The notes below the pieces were generated by a model. The model ran no database searches. It was not told where the DNA came from and was given only the letters and a program-made list of their open reading frames with translations. From Octopus sinensis (lineage: Eukaryota), in assembly GCF_006345805.1 (NCBI RefSeq), contig NC_043005.1:26908001-26972000 (forward strand): a stretch of DNA of 64,000 bases, in the 5' to 3' direction. Shown piece after piece: positions 38,886 through 52,783 of this stretch (its first letter is position 1; each line of letters begins with the position of its first letter). Both the position numbers and the translations under genes were made by a program.

Positions 38886-39719
38886 GGAATATCTATTTAT
38901 TTATTTATTTATTTATTTTATAATTCATTAAAATTTCCTAAAAATCTGTACATGATATTTTTTAATAGAGAAAATTTTTATATCTGTGATTCTCGCTTTC
39001 TATTGCCCAAAACTTTAAACTTTTAAATAAAGTTAATAAACACAAAATAAAATCGGTTTTTTTTTTTTTTGCTTTTATGCTCCTAAATTCCTGGGAATTC
39101 TAAACAATTGATAACCCCCAGCTCACAGTTTTTGTATACTCCCTAAGACTGATTAGTCTACGCTGTTAGCGTTTAACTTGAAAGTTCTGTAACATGGTTT
39201 TTGTATAGAGAAGGTTGGTGAAAGTAAACTTGTGTGGAGGGAGGTATGCAGTTCTTGGAACAGCAGAAGATTTTAAATGAAACACTCAGTACGTGGTTTG
39301 AATAAGAGGGAGGGGACGATGTGAAACAGCAGGAATTGTGAAAGTTGGAGTAAGAAGAAAAAGAAATAGAAAGGGCAAGAAATGACAAAGAGAACGTCTG
39401 TGATACGGTGACATTGTACATCAAACTTGAGTGCGTATCGAAACAATAGTACATTCAGAAAATTTCGCTCTGAGCAACATTTAAAAATAATGAATGTCTT
39501 ATCGGAAGTCCATTCTCAGCCAGCGGCCATCTTCTGTACGTTTAATTCTATGATATCCCACCACACAACGTCCTTCACCTGGGTTTTTTTCACGTTACTC
39601 TCCTCTCATCACCTCTTTTCTCTCCTCATTTCTCTCCCCTTCTCTCACTCTCTTTCCTCTCTCTCTTTCTCTCTCTCTCTCTTTCTCTCTATCTCTCTCT
39701 TCCTATTTGCATACAAATA

Positions 39720-39795
<76 letters not shown>

Positions 39796-39796
39796 T

Positions 39797-39866
<70 letters not shown>

Positions 39867-39937
39867 GAGATCGATAGATAGATAGATAGATAGATAGATA
39901 GAAGACAGGCAGACAGGCAGAAGACAGACATACAAAC

Positions 39938-40017
<80 letters not shown>

Positions 40018-40633
40018 TGGAGAAATATTTTGAACACTTGAAATTTTTGCATAAACGCATTCGATTAGTGAAGGTTTCATTTAGAACCCTAAGCTTTTTA
40101 CAATAAATGACTTGGCGAAAATATCCATCGAAGTGGAATAACCGATTGCAGCACTAACGTTTCGACTATTTGGGACATTTCTTTCAATTTTACGTTTATC
40201 ATCTTGTTGATGATAACTGAATATAGCATAAAACCGAATGGTATATCCAAGAAATTATATATATGAACATACATACATACATACATACATACATACATAC
40301 ATACATACATACATACATACATACATGCACATATACAAACAGATATGCATACATACATTGCTTCATAATTTTGGCAAATGTAGCTCGCTAAATGTCAAGG
40401 ATATGCAATCAATAGTGGAAAGATAGGATACCTATCTCTCCACCCTGAAGACGGAAGCCGGATCCGCTTAATGTTTACATGCTTCCACTACTGGTTGCAT
40501 ATCCTTGACTTTCTGCCAACTACATCTGCCAAAAGTAATAATTCCGAGCACCCAGAAACAGGCATCATTACCTTCCCCACCCCCTTTGTACTATGTGTAA
40601 GTTTGTTCTGTTAATATATGAATATCTATATAC

Positions 40634-40802
40634 GTTATTTACATTATTTACATTTGACGGATATTTGTCATCATCTTGTTTGTTGTTAACACAACGTTTA
40701 GGCTGATCTACCCCCAACCTTCTTTAGGTGTCTTGGGGGAATTTCGAACCTGGGTTCTAATTCCTAAGATATTTTTCGATGTTGTTGTTGTTGTTGTTGT
40801 TG

Positions 40803-40888
<86 letters not shown>

Positions 40889-40965
40889 TTCAGGTCACTG
40901 CCTGGAATCGAACTCGGAATCTGGGGTTAGTAGCACACACTCTTAACCACTACGCCATATGCCCG
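40634..40965 (-). mobile_element. tRNA-hammerhead retroposon, inverted copy (hammerhead core mutated)
   Basis: Reverse complement of 32110-32410; core reads CTAAAGA...CCTAAAC. Confidence 0.85.
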
Positions 40966-41299
40966 TGGGTATACCGGTTAAGAGCGCAGGCTACTAAATC
41001 CAAGATACCGAGTTCGATTCCAGGCAGTGACCTGAATAATAACACTAATAATAATAATAATAATAATAATATAATAATAAATAACAATAATAAATAATAA
41101 TAATAACAATAATAACAAATCGAAAAACAAATCGGAATGAGAACTCAGATTCGAAATTTCCCCAAGACACCTGATGAAGGCTGGAGGGTATATCAGCCGA
41201 AATGTTGTGTTAACAACAAACAAGATAACGACAAATATCCGTCAAATGTAAATAATGTAAATAATGTAAATAATTCCTCATCTGTGAAATATAGAACTG
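40966..41299 (+). mobile_element. tRNA-hammerhead retroposon, direct copy (A box deleted)
   Basis: Matches 32125-32444; B box intact. Confidence 0.85.
41166..41211 (+). ncRNA. Minimal hammerhead ribozyme, one substitution in stem III
   Basis: GACAC-CTGATGA-A-GGCTG...CAGCC-GAAA-t-GT-T-GTGTT. Confidence 0.7.
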
Positions 41300-41825
41300 A
41301 AATATCCCTACATTTATCCATGAATAATCATCGTCTGAATATTTTCAGTTTTTGTTTCCTCTCTGTTTACTTGTATATTTTATATATATATCTAGCGCAA
41401 GCGGTTTTATTTGTTTATTTGCATCATTATCTGTATATCTACTCACCTGGATTCCTCTTATGGTCCTCGGTAAAGATTTTGGAGTTTAAGTTCAAATCAT
41501 TTCTGCGTTGTTAAGTGTTTTCTGTATTGGACATCTCTGGATCTTATCTGTTGACTGTGTGTGTGTGTTTGTGCATGTATGCATGTATGTATGTATGTAT
41601 GTATGTATGTATGTATGTATGTATGTATGTATGTATGTATGTATGTAGGTAGGTAGGTAGGTAGGTAGGTAGGTAGGTAGGTAGGTATGTATGTATGTAT
41701 GCTTATGTATGTAGGTATGTATGCGTATGTATGGACCACCAAGCCCCAGTAACAGCTGTTAGTTCATTTATGTATGTATGTATGTATGTATGTATGTTGT
41801 ATGTATGTATGTATGTATTATGTAT

Positions 41826-41965
41826 ATTTCTCCCTATTTATTTCTGTGCTCCTTTCTGTCGAAGAGCGTAGGCTCGAAATGTAAAAGACTTTCTCACTTC
41901 TCGAGCGTTAAACTAAAACATGTTTGTTGTTTACACACCCATCTTCGTCTTTTGTTGTTTTTTTT
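41826..41965 (+). mobile_element. Short Penelope-LTR-like repeat with hammerhead-like motif (41852-41887)
   Basis: cttt-CTGTCGA-A-GAGC(gtag)GCTC-GAAAt-GT-A-aaag; homologous copy at 63840-64000 on minus. Confidence 0.6.
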
Positions 41966-42398
41966 TAAATTCTCACTATGTATGTATGTATGTATGTATG
42001 TATGTATATATGTATGGTGGAAGTCAACTCGTGACTAAAGTAAGGTTACCTCCTAAACTAAGTAAGTACGTACAAACGTTCCAAGAGTCCAGAAGGAATG
42101 CGAACGTCTATTCATTTTCTGTGAATGAAGTGTCACACTTTAGTAGACCCACTTTTTAGCGCAATCAGCCAAAACCAGCGTCACAACAGGGGTAACGACG
42201 ACCAGAAGCAAGCTTCACTTTAGATCATTTATGAGAATTTACCTTCTCCAAAAAGGAAATTCTAACGTGAACTAAGTGTCTGACACTCCCAGTAGTTCAC
42301 TTGTTAGTGTAACATTAGCTGGGAGTAGTAACATTCTGATAGGTGTTACTACTCCGGGTCAGAGTAGATCTGGAAACAATAGGGACTAAGGAGTGGTT

Positions 42399-42440
<42 letters not shown>

Positions 42441-42457
42441 ATATATATTATATATAT

Positions 42458-42631
42458 ACAACTTATAAATAAGGGCAACGAAAAAATTCCTAATGCCAAA
42501 TATGCCGAAAATTGGAACATGTTGTCCATAACCATATAATTTTTCACGAATTATATGGTTATGGACAACACGTCCAATTTTCGGCATATTTGGCATTAGA
42601 AATTTTTTCGTTTGCCCTTATTATAAGTTGT
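42458..42631. repeat. ~175-bp near-perfect palindrome
   Basis: acaacttata...gccaaatatgccgaaaattgg...ccataaccatataatt / aattatatggttatgg...ccaattttcggcatatttggc...tataagttgt. Confidence 0.85.
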
Positions 42632-42714
42632 TTATAATTTTAACCGTTAAAGGTATTTTTTAATATGCTGGCCATTGATAAAATTGTTCTTCGAAAAAAT
42701 GTTATCCTACATTA

Positions 42715-42781
<67 letters not shown>

Positions 42782-42924
42782 CTATATATATATAATTATA
42801 TATATATATATATATATATATAGTAGTATATGTGTGTGTGTGTGGTGTGTGTATGTGTGTGTGTGTGTGTGTGTATCTATCTATATATGTATATATGTAT
42901 ATAGATAGATAGATAGATAGATAG

Positions 42925-42985
<61 letters not shown>

Positions 42986-43268
42986 TAAAATTAGTGTGCG
43001 TTTAACTACAAAAAGAGGCGACCCTTAACAGGCCCCCTTACATGATAGAAGGAGCAGTCAAAACGTCCGAAACTACAGTTAAGGGCAATTTCGAGGGAAT
43101 GAAAAATAAAAATTTTTACCATATATTTACAGCCAGACCTAGATTTCGAACTGTAATTAAAACTTTAAAATAATTTACTAGGCGATGTTCTCATCAGTGG
43201 GTACGCCAAACGCTAACATATAATTTAGAGACAGAATAACACGTAGATAGACAGACAGACAGGCAGGC

Positions 43269-43342
<74 letters not shown>

Positions 43343-44065
43343 GCATGCATATGCCAGTAAGTCAGTTGAAAAAAAAATTCTATTCACTGAGACTATCTTT
43401 ACAATTTGGAGACAAGAACTCCTTTTCTCGGTGTTCAAAAACTTATAAAAGCAAGCAAGGGAGACAACACAAAAAGTTTTTGTTATATAAGTTATTCGAT
43501 AACACCAATACCATTTGTTTGCACGAAGTGAGTGCCTGGAAATATGCTCACAGAGCAATAAAAAAGAAATAAGTTTTATGTATTGAAAATGAAGAACGAC
43601 ACTTTACAACACCTCTTATAAATTTTTTTAAGTCTTGAAAAGTCTAATGTATTCTTTTGTAGTCATACACCATCTTATAAATATTTATTTTGCAATAAAA
43701 TACTGCGGAGAGATTTTTTGAACACCCTGTATATGCATATTGTATGTGCGTAATCGTCTGAACTTGTGCAGAGGGAAGGGTGTATATGCATCTGTATCTG
43801 TGTGTGTATTATGTATATATATATATATATGTGAGTGTATATGTCTGAATTTCTGTGTGAATGCGCATGTACGTGTGCTTGACCATCTCTTTTTCTTTCT
43901 CACTCTATTTTTCTGTCTCTCTCTTTCTCTCCCACTTTCTCTCTCTTCTTTCCCTCTCACACGAGAGAGACAGAGAGACAGAGACAGAGACATAGAGAGG
44001 CAGAGTCTGTCGACGTTGCTCGTTTATATGAGCCGGTTTGTGTATGTATGTATGTAGAATGTATT

Positions 44066-44107
<42 letters not shown>

Positions 44108-44287
44108 GTGTTGTGTGTGTGTGTGTGTGTATGTGTGTTGTGTGTTTGTTTTTGTATGGCTGGGCATCCGTTTTATCTACGTATCCGTGAATGTGTGTCA
44201 GCGTGCATATGTGTGTCTGTGTGTCGCATATGCAGGTGTAGTGTATCAGTGCAGCAAACGTGTCAATAGCAACAAAATTGCAGATTT

Positions 44288-44384
<97 letters not shown>

Positions 44385-44477
44385 GTCATTTTTATCTTCC
44401 TCGTCTTATCAGCATCATCATCCCTACGTGTGTATGTGGCGGGGCGTGAATGTGTATGCTGTGTGCGCGTACGCATT

Positions 44478-44617
<140 letters not shown>

Positions 44618-44843
44618 AGGCAAACAACTAGTCAAGAAAGTACTATGGCATTTAAATTCATTTAATCCAGTTTAAAAATAGTAAAATACAAAACTGATAA
44701 AGATAGCAGAAGCCTAAACTCCTCATATCTTGTATACATACACACATATACACGCTCACACTCATATGTGTGTGTGTGTGTATACTTATGTATGCATGTC
44801 TGCAAGTGCATATTGCGCAGTCATGCAGATTCGTACATACATG

Positions 44844-44875
<32 letters not shown>

Positions 44876-44879
44876 TATA

Positions 44880-44919
<40 letters not shown>

Positions 44920-45052
44920 TATGTTATACAGACGTTATCAGCAACTATACGCCTACAGTTGTCACACACCTATACACACACACACACACAAGCTATGCAT
45001 ATATGTGTGTGCATGTGTATGGATGTATATGTGTGCTTTTATATATATATAG

Positions 45053-45084
<32 letters not shown>

Positions 45085-45104
45085 GATAGATATAGATATA
45101 GATC

Positions 45105-45138
<34 letters not shown>

Positions 45139-45369
45139 AAAAAATTAGATAGATAGATAGATAGATTTCTATGTGTGTGAGTGTGTGTGTGCGTGCGTGT
45201 ATACACACACATACACACACACACAAACACTCATGTAGATATAGTTCTTGATGCACATACACACACATATATAAAAGTCACCTCATGACAGTACACATTA
45301 CCTCATTTTGTTACTAATCTAATATTACGGACATCGTCATCATCAACATCATCACATTCAACAGCAGCA

Positions 45370-45547
45370 GTATTGTCATCGTCGTCGCCGTCGCCGTCGC
45401 CGTCGTCGTCGTCATCGTCATCATCGTCATCATTTTCATCATCATCATCATCATCATCATTATCATCATCATCATCATCATCATCATTATCATCATCATC
45501 ATCATCATCATCATCAGCATTTCATCATCATCATCATCGTCATCATT

Positions 45548-45582
<35 letters not shown>

Positions 45583-45583
45583 T

Positions 45584-45624
<41 letters not shown>

Positions 45625-46800
45625 TATCATCATCATCATCATCATCATCAACCTCTTGCCTGCACTTTAACACACGGTCACATTACTTCATGCAATCACG
45701 TTCATTCTGGATGGCAGACACTACACACACACACCACACACACAGACACACCACACACACACAGACCACCCCACACACAGACCACCAACACACACACAGA
45801 CACACCACACACCACCACCCACCACACACACACAGACACACCACACAACACACAGCACACCACACACCACACACACCACATCACACACAACACACCACAC
45901 AACACACAGACACACCACACCGCACAGACACACCACACACACACAGACACCCACACACGCACAGACACACCACCACACAAGACACACCACACACACCGCA
46001 CAACACACCACACACACACAACACACCACACACACACAGACACACCACACACGCACAGACACACCACACACACACACACACACCACACACACACAGACAC
46101 ACCACACACACACACAGACACACCACACACACACAGACACACCACACACGCACAGACACACCACACACACACAGACACACCACACACGCACAGACACACC
46201 ACACACACAAAGACAAACACACACAAACAGGCACACACGCAAACGCGCGCGCACACACACACACGTACACACACGCGCACATACACAACACACACACACA
46301 ACACACGTGCATACATACACACACGCGCGCAATACACAACACACACACACAACACACGTGCATACATACACACACGCTCAAACACAACTACACACAGACA
46401 GATACACACACACACACATACATTCACACACACACCACACACTCACACACACACATACATACACACAAATACACAGACATACACATACACACACACACGC
46501 ACACACATATACACACCCATGCACACACATATTCACACACACACAAACACACACACATGTACCCCATACATACATGCGTACATACATACATGCATGCACA
46601 CATACCTGCATACAATATATATATATACACACACACATATGTACATGCTTCCATACACGTACACTTATCTACATTCATTCTACATTCATACATACAAATA
46701 TTACATAACCATGGAATCACACAAACTCCAGACACGCATCCATAAACACACACAACACACACACACACACACACACTCTCACACAAACACACATAAATCC
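45370..46800. repeat. (CAT)n followed by a long scrambled (CA)-rich tract
   Basis: Source of spurious His/Thr- and Val/Cys-rich ORFs. Confidence 0.95.
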
Positions 46801-47145
46801 ACACGTACGCTCTAGCGCATGCGCACACATACGCACAAACACAAATACACTGAGCCACTAGGACAGTGTGTGGTGTCATTAGTTATTCAGGAGATCATGT
46901 TTGAACGGCGCAGAGGAACAATACGAACACACACACACATGCTGACGTTACATACAGTCACGAATATATAATCATATACGCAAGCAAGCAAACACACAAG
47001 CACATACATACACACATGCAATCACACAACCATAGGTATACACACAAACACACACATGACCACAGACACACTTTTGCATAGACAAATACGAACAAACTCT
47101 GACACAGCACTGATATATGCATGTATAAGATAGATAGATAGATAA

Positions 47146-47177
<32 letters not shown>

Positions 47178-47179
47178 GC

Positions 47180-47226
<47 letters not shown>

Positions 47227-47231
47227 TAGAC

Positions 47232-47286
<55 letters not shown>

Positions 47287-47296
47287 CAGACAGATA

Positions 47297-47406
47297 AGTT
47301 TCTTTATTGGCCACACAGGGCTGCACACAAATGGGACAAGTTACAAGGTAGAGCTTTTCTTTTGGGGGATGAAAAAAAAACAAAAAAACAAAGGAAACAA
47401 AAAAAG
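47297..47406 (-). mobile_element. Tx1 3'-end stub abutting GATA/GACA repeats
   Basis: agtttctttattggccacacagggctgcacacaaatgggacaagttacaaggtagagcttttcttttgg, preceded by (GATA)n and GACA repeats. Confidence 0.9.
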
Positions 47407-48209
47407 ATGGATACATACATACATACATACATACATACATACATACATACATACATACATACATACATAGATGCACATATGCATACACACACAAACAACC
47501 ACACACTCACACAAACGGACACACACACACACGAACACAGATGCCTTACAAACTCAGTATGATGTCGCTCCACAATGTATTGAGTACATACTGTAGGAAA
47601 ACAACCATATTTCTCTCCCCCGACACAGGTGAAGCCAACAGAATTCGTTATTAATCAGATGACGTCATTCATTGATGAAATGACACAATGGCGAAGGGGA
47701 GGAGGAGAAGGAACAGGAGGAGGAGAGAGAGAGACGGAGAGTGATGAAGAAGGCGAAGAAGAAAAAGAAGTGCTGAACACTTCGTTCTGCGCACGCGTGG
47801 AAATACGTAATCCGTTGTTAAAAAAATATCGAATTACGTATTTCACGCATGCGCAAATTGGCTTCTATTTTCACTTTATTTATTCCTTTATTTGTCAATG
47901 TGTGTATATATATGAGTGTGTTTATGACTGTCTGTTGTGTGAATATTTGGTGGCTGTGTCTGACCTTGACCTTTTCCATTCTGCAGTTTAAGATCTGCGT
48001 ACATTCATACTTACGTACGCACGCGCAATTGAGAGAGAAACAGAGCTTTCAGACGTGTGTGTGTTGTGTGTGTGTGTGTGTATGAAAGTGGATTAGTGAA
48101 TGCGTACAGTTAATTGCATACGTATGCATACATGCACGATAGATAGATAGAGACACAGACAGACAGATAGATAGATATAATAGGCAATTAGATAGTCAGA
48201 CAGACAGCC

Positions 48210-48244
<35 letters not shown>

Positions 48245-48512
48245 TACATACATACATACATACATACATACATACATACATACATACATAGATGTACATG
48301 TATACATATATACACACAGATACGCGCGCACACAGACACATACACACATACATATACACGCATACACACACACGCTTGTATAGACATACACATAACCATC
48401 TCATCATGCGCACAAACATACACTCGTGTTATTGGTTATAAACACATTCATGGATAAAAGCCTACTCCGTAATACGCGCGCGCGTGTACGTAAATACACA
48501 CACACACACACA

Positions 48513-48568
<56 letters not shown>

Positions 48569-48693
48569 CTGTCATCTTTGAATATATAGTTGCGTATATG
48601 AATATACATACACATGCCTTTTCTTTTTGTTCCTTACAGATTAGCACATACGCGTTACCCGCGATACATATAAATATGCATATACTTATATAC

Positions 48694-48923
48694 GTTTCTT
48701 TACTACCCACAAGGGGCTAAACATAGAGGGGACAAACAAGGACAGACACTCGGATTAAGTCGATTACATTGACCCCAGAGCGTAACTGGTACTTAATTTA
48801 TCGACCCCGAAAGGATGAAAGGCAAAGTCGACCTCGGCGGAATTTGAACTCAGAACGTAGCGACGGGCGAAATACCGCGAAGCACTTCGCCCGGCGTGCT
48901 AACGTCTCTGCCAGCTCGCCGCC
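48694..48923 (-). mobile_element. SINE family C, subfamily with Tx1-like tail
   Basis: Family C head; tail ccttgtttgtcccctctatgtttagccccttgtgggtagtaaagaaac. Confidence 0.85.
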
Positions 48924-49414
48924 TTGCATATACTTATATACACACAAATCTACACACATTCATACAGTCATTCATTCATTCATTCATTTATATAGAAATA
49001 CGAGGTTTTACGAAGAAAGAGCAAAAAGAAAATGACGCAGAGTCTCCAAATCCAATTATTAGTGACACAATGAAGTTCTGTAAGACATTCCAAATAATTC
49101 TGTATCTGGGATTCTTTGGATGAATCGATGCACACATTTGGGTACACGTATCGACAGTTCAACCAACACACCAACTTAATCAAATACTTACAAACAGCAG
49201 GAACTCTCTTAACTCAAAAAGTCTTGTCACTTCGTTAGCGACCGCTTTGAACTCCCTCAAGAAGAACTTAAATGAAACTTAAAGAAAAATCATACATACA
49301 TACATACATATTGGTGTTAATCCTTTTATATAATTTTTTATTCATCAAGTATTAAATGTTGTCGTGACATACACAGGTACATACTGTATATATATATATA
49401 CACATACATAAATG

Positions 49415-49472
<58 letters not shown>

Positions 49473-50469
49473 TATATATATAGAAAGCAACGTGCACACG
49501 CACACAGGCAACTGACATAGTCTAATGTGCACCAGACTACATCATACATATACTTAACACACACACACACATCTTACATCACGTCATACTTCACAGCATA
49601 CCACAACTACAGCACATTATACTACACAGCCCATACACACCGTACCCTTCATTCTACATACACACACAGAGTCCACTTCACTCCACAAAAGTATTATTTC
49701 GCAGTAACCAATGATATACCTTTTGACAGGTAATAATATTTGAATCCATTCATAAAAAAAAATCGTCTCTTCGACTTCATCAACATTTATGACGTAATCT
49801 TAAAGTTCAACACAATTTCTCATCGTTACAGCATCCACCAATAGACATCAGTGTAGTGGGTGTTTGCATAATTATTATTTCTTCATCTGTATTTACGTCA
49901 CATCAGCTTCTCCCACTTCAAATCACAATGGTCTATACTTTACTTTTCATCCCTCAGGGATCGATATAATAAATATGGTACCCGAATTTGCTCCGGTGGC
50001 TTTTTACGTTCCGGTTTCAAATCCCACTGAGGGCTATCTTTGCCTTTCGTCCTTTCAGAGTTGATAAAAATGAAGTGCTAGTCAAGTACCATTGACCCCA
50101 GAACTTAACTGGTACTGGGGTCAATGGTATCGATCAATCCCCATCCCCTAAATCAAAATCCATCGATTAACCCCGTCCCATAATCAAACACCGTTAAAAT
50201 AGCGGTGAGCCGACAGAATCGTTAGATTGTCGAAAACATGCCTTAGAGATTTTGTACCGTGTCTACATTTTGAGTTCAAATTCCACCGAGGTCAACCTTG
50301 CCTTTGATACCTTCAAGGTCGATAAAATAAAATGCCAGTTAAATACTAATGTTGATGTTATCGACCTAACCCCTTCTCTCAAAATTACTGACCTTGTGCC
50401 TAAATCAAAAATTATTATCATACAAAAACTACTACACTTTAATTTAATCAGCTATCCTGAGATTTATTG

Positions 50470-50960
50470 ACAAGTCTCTTCAAAATCACTAAAATCTTTC
50501 TTAGTTTTCTTGCAGACTTTTGTATAGTGCTGTCTGTTGGTCGACGACACGTGTTTCTGTTTCAATATTCCTCGATCTCTCAATTCAAACACTCCAGTTT
50601 CGGCATTGTGCCCACTGCTCCAATTGTCACAGAAACAATTGCCACTTCTGTGTTCTACAATCTCCACATTTCTCTGGCTGGTCCCTGATATTTCTCAATT
50701 TTCTCGGTTTCCTGGATATCCATTCTACTATCGTATGAGATTACAAAGTCAATAATATTCCACTACTTATCTATAGTCATATCTGGTCACCTTGCCTCAA
50801 TAGTATGGTCTGTCTCTGTAAACAAATACCATAAAATTCTGTAATTACCTCGGGCTCCAGTTCATACCTCTTTGTTCTAATTTCGAATTTACAGACTTGG
50901 TTAACTTCCCAGGGCATTCTTTCATCGACAGTTATGCCTACATTTATACTCTTTTGCTAA
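50470..50960 (-). pseudogene. R4/R2-type RLE endonuclease relic
   Basis: TDHTIEAR*PDM...IIDFVISYDSRMDIQETEKIEKYQGPAREMWRL...VSVTIGAVGTMP matches the RLE PD-(D/E)xK region. Confidence 0.7.
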
Positions 50961-51149
50961 TGTTTTCGTCCCTTTTCCACACCTTCTGTATTTGATCTCT
51001 GCTTCAGTTTTATCAATCTTTGTTCTTATCAAATTCGTTCGAATGACTATACTTAACAATTCAGTTACTACAGCATTAGCAAGAGTCAGAAGCATTAGCA
51101 AGAGTCAGAAAAGGAAGACACTTTTGATTCAGCATTCCAGGATACTTGT

Positions 51150-52640
51150 TCCACCAACGAAACCACATTTTCTGTTACAAAGACATCTGAATGACTTGAT
51201 TGCAATTTAATATTATCTAAAAGGTAGACTGAACTTCTACGTTCAATCTTGAACGGATGAAATCTTACTAAAACGCCATCGTAAAGTTTGATTTCTGTAG
51301 CCACCATTTATGAATACAACGACTGATCTACTCACGAAGATGGACCTGTGTTTTGTCAATATATTAATCCAAGCAATGAGTTTCTTGACCATGAGCATAA
51401 TGTGGATGGATGGAGATTGTTCTCTGATTCCTCAAATGTCAACTTGAAAGTGATCCTTCGTGACAGTAGTAAACTCCATTTTGTACCTTTTTCATATACT
51501 ACATAGATGAAGCTGCTTTTAGAGAAGGTAGAATATCAAAAATAAAAGTGACTCCTTGTTATCTGAAGGTCGTTGTAATCTTTATAGAATTACAGCTACG
51601 TTACAACATGTACGGTACAGTAGTGACTAGCAAAACCAAAAGATTCAGAAGGAATGACCAAACCTTTTGTTGTTTCAGACAAGAAAATATTTTGTCCTGC
51701 TCGCCGGTGAACTCTGAGAAAACGTTCCTTCTTCCTTTACTCGTCAAGTTTGAACTAAATGAAAAACTTTCTTAAAACGATCGATAAAACGCAAAGTGTA
51801 TGCGAATACGGATCAGTGGTGCCATGATTAAAGAAGAAGGTTTTGTAAGCCTTCAGAACAGGGGGTTATTAAGAGATAAGAGATTGAAATAAGGATTGGA
51901 GAATGTTAAATAAATGGCACAGCAAAGTTTCAAAAATGGCTGTGCAAACTTTTGGAGAAAGACTGAAACGTATTTATTCATTTTAAATATGTTTTAAAGA
52001 TTTGAACGTAAATATCTAAACCTGTTGTTATTCATCACCAGAGTACATCTCTTTCCTTTAGACTGTGTTTACAACACACGCGATTCTCACGAGTAAGGTG
52101 ACTTTGAGACACCGCATTGTTTTGACCTCGTTGTATGTCTCCTCCGCCAAAGCTACTCAACAAGATCAATGAATCTAACAAGTGAACGAACTCCTATTTA
52201 CTAGAACCAGCAAGCAAATTATTTGTTGATGCATGTAGATGCCTGCCTAATAGATAATAATTTATGGAATGTACGCTGAACAACAATAATTCAAACAATA
52301 ACATTTTAAATCATTCTTAATACGTACAGGTAGATTTGAAGGTGAATATCTGAAAGGTCGAAAATGGTTCTGAAATAGTAGGCGATTTTCCGAAATCTTA
52401 CCAAACAATAGAGTACAATGTACCATTAAAGGTTAGTTTCTTCGATTCACACTTAGATGTATTTTACAAGAAAAACTTGAGTGCTGTAAGCTTTCTGGGC
52501 ATTTTCATTACAGTATTTCGATCACAGTGAAGAGTTATCAAGGTAACTGGAATTCTAACATGTTCGATGACTACTGCTGAATTCTGAAGAGAGACACGTC
52601 TGACGCAAAGTATTGCTGAAAACTCAAGCCAGCTTCTTTT
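51150..52640 (+). pseudogene. Degenerate DNA transposase, tentatively Chapaev3/CMC-like
   Basis: Fragments LNDLI, WRLFSDSS.VNLKVIL, LKVSFFDSHLDVF, YQGNWNSNMFDDYC*ILKRD; family assignment from memory. Confidence 0.55.
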
Positions 52641-52783
52641 TTAGATTACTTTTAACATATCATTAAACATTTAATAAATACGTAACTGTATGGATCTTTG
52701 AAAATTAAAATGAAATACAACACAAAATCCGAAAATTACTATTTTTTTAAATCTCATAACAAGAGATATTCAGCAACAGTACT

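Noticed and set aside
45373-46815. 480-aa Ser/His/Thr ORF
   Set aside because: Translation of (CAT)n and (CA)n repeats.
47629-47991. 120-aa ORF with an acidic stretch
   Set aside because: Largely GA-rich low complexity; only an acceptor-like site supports it.
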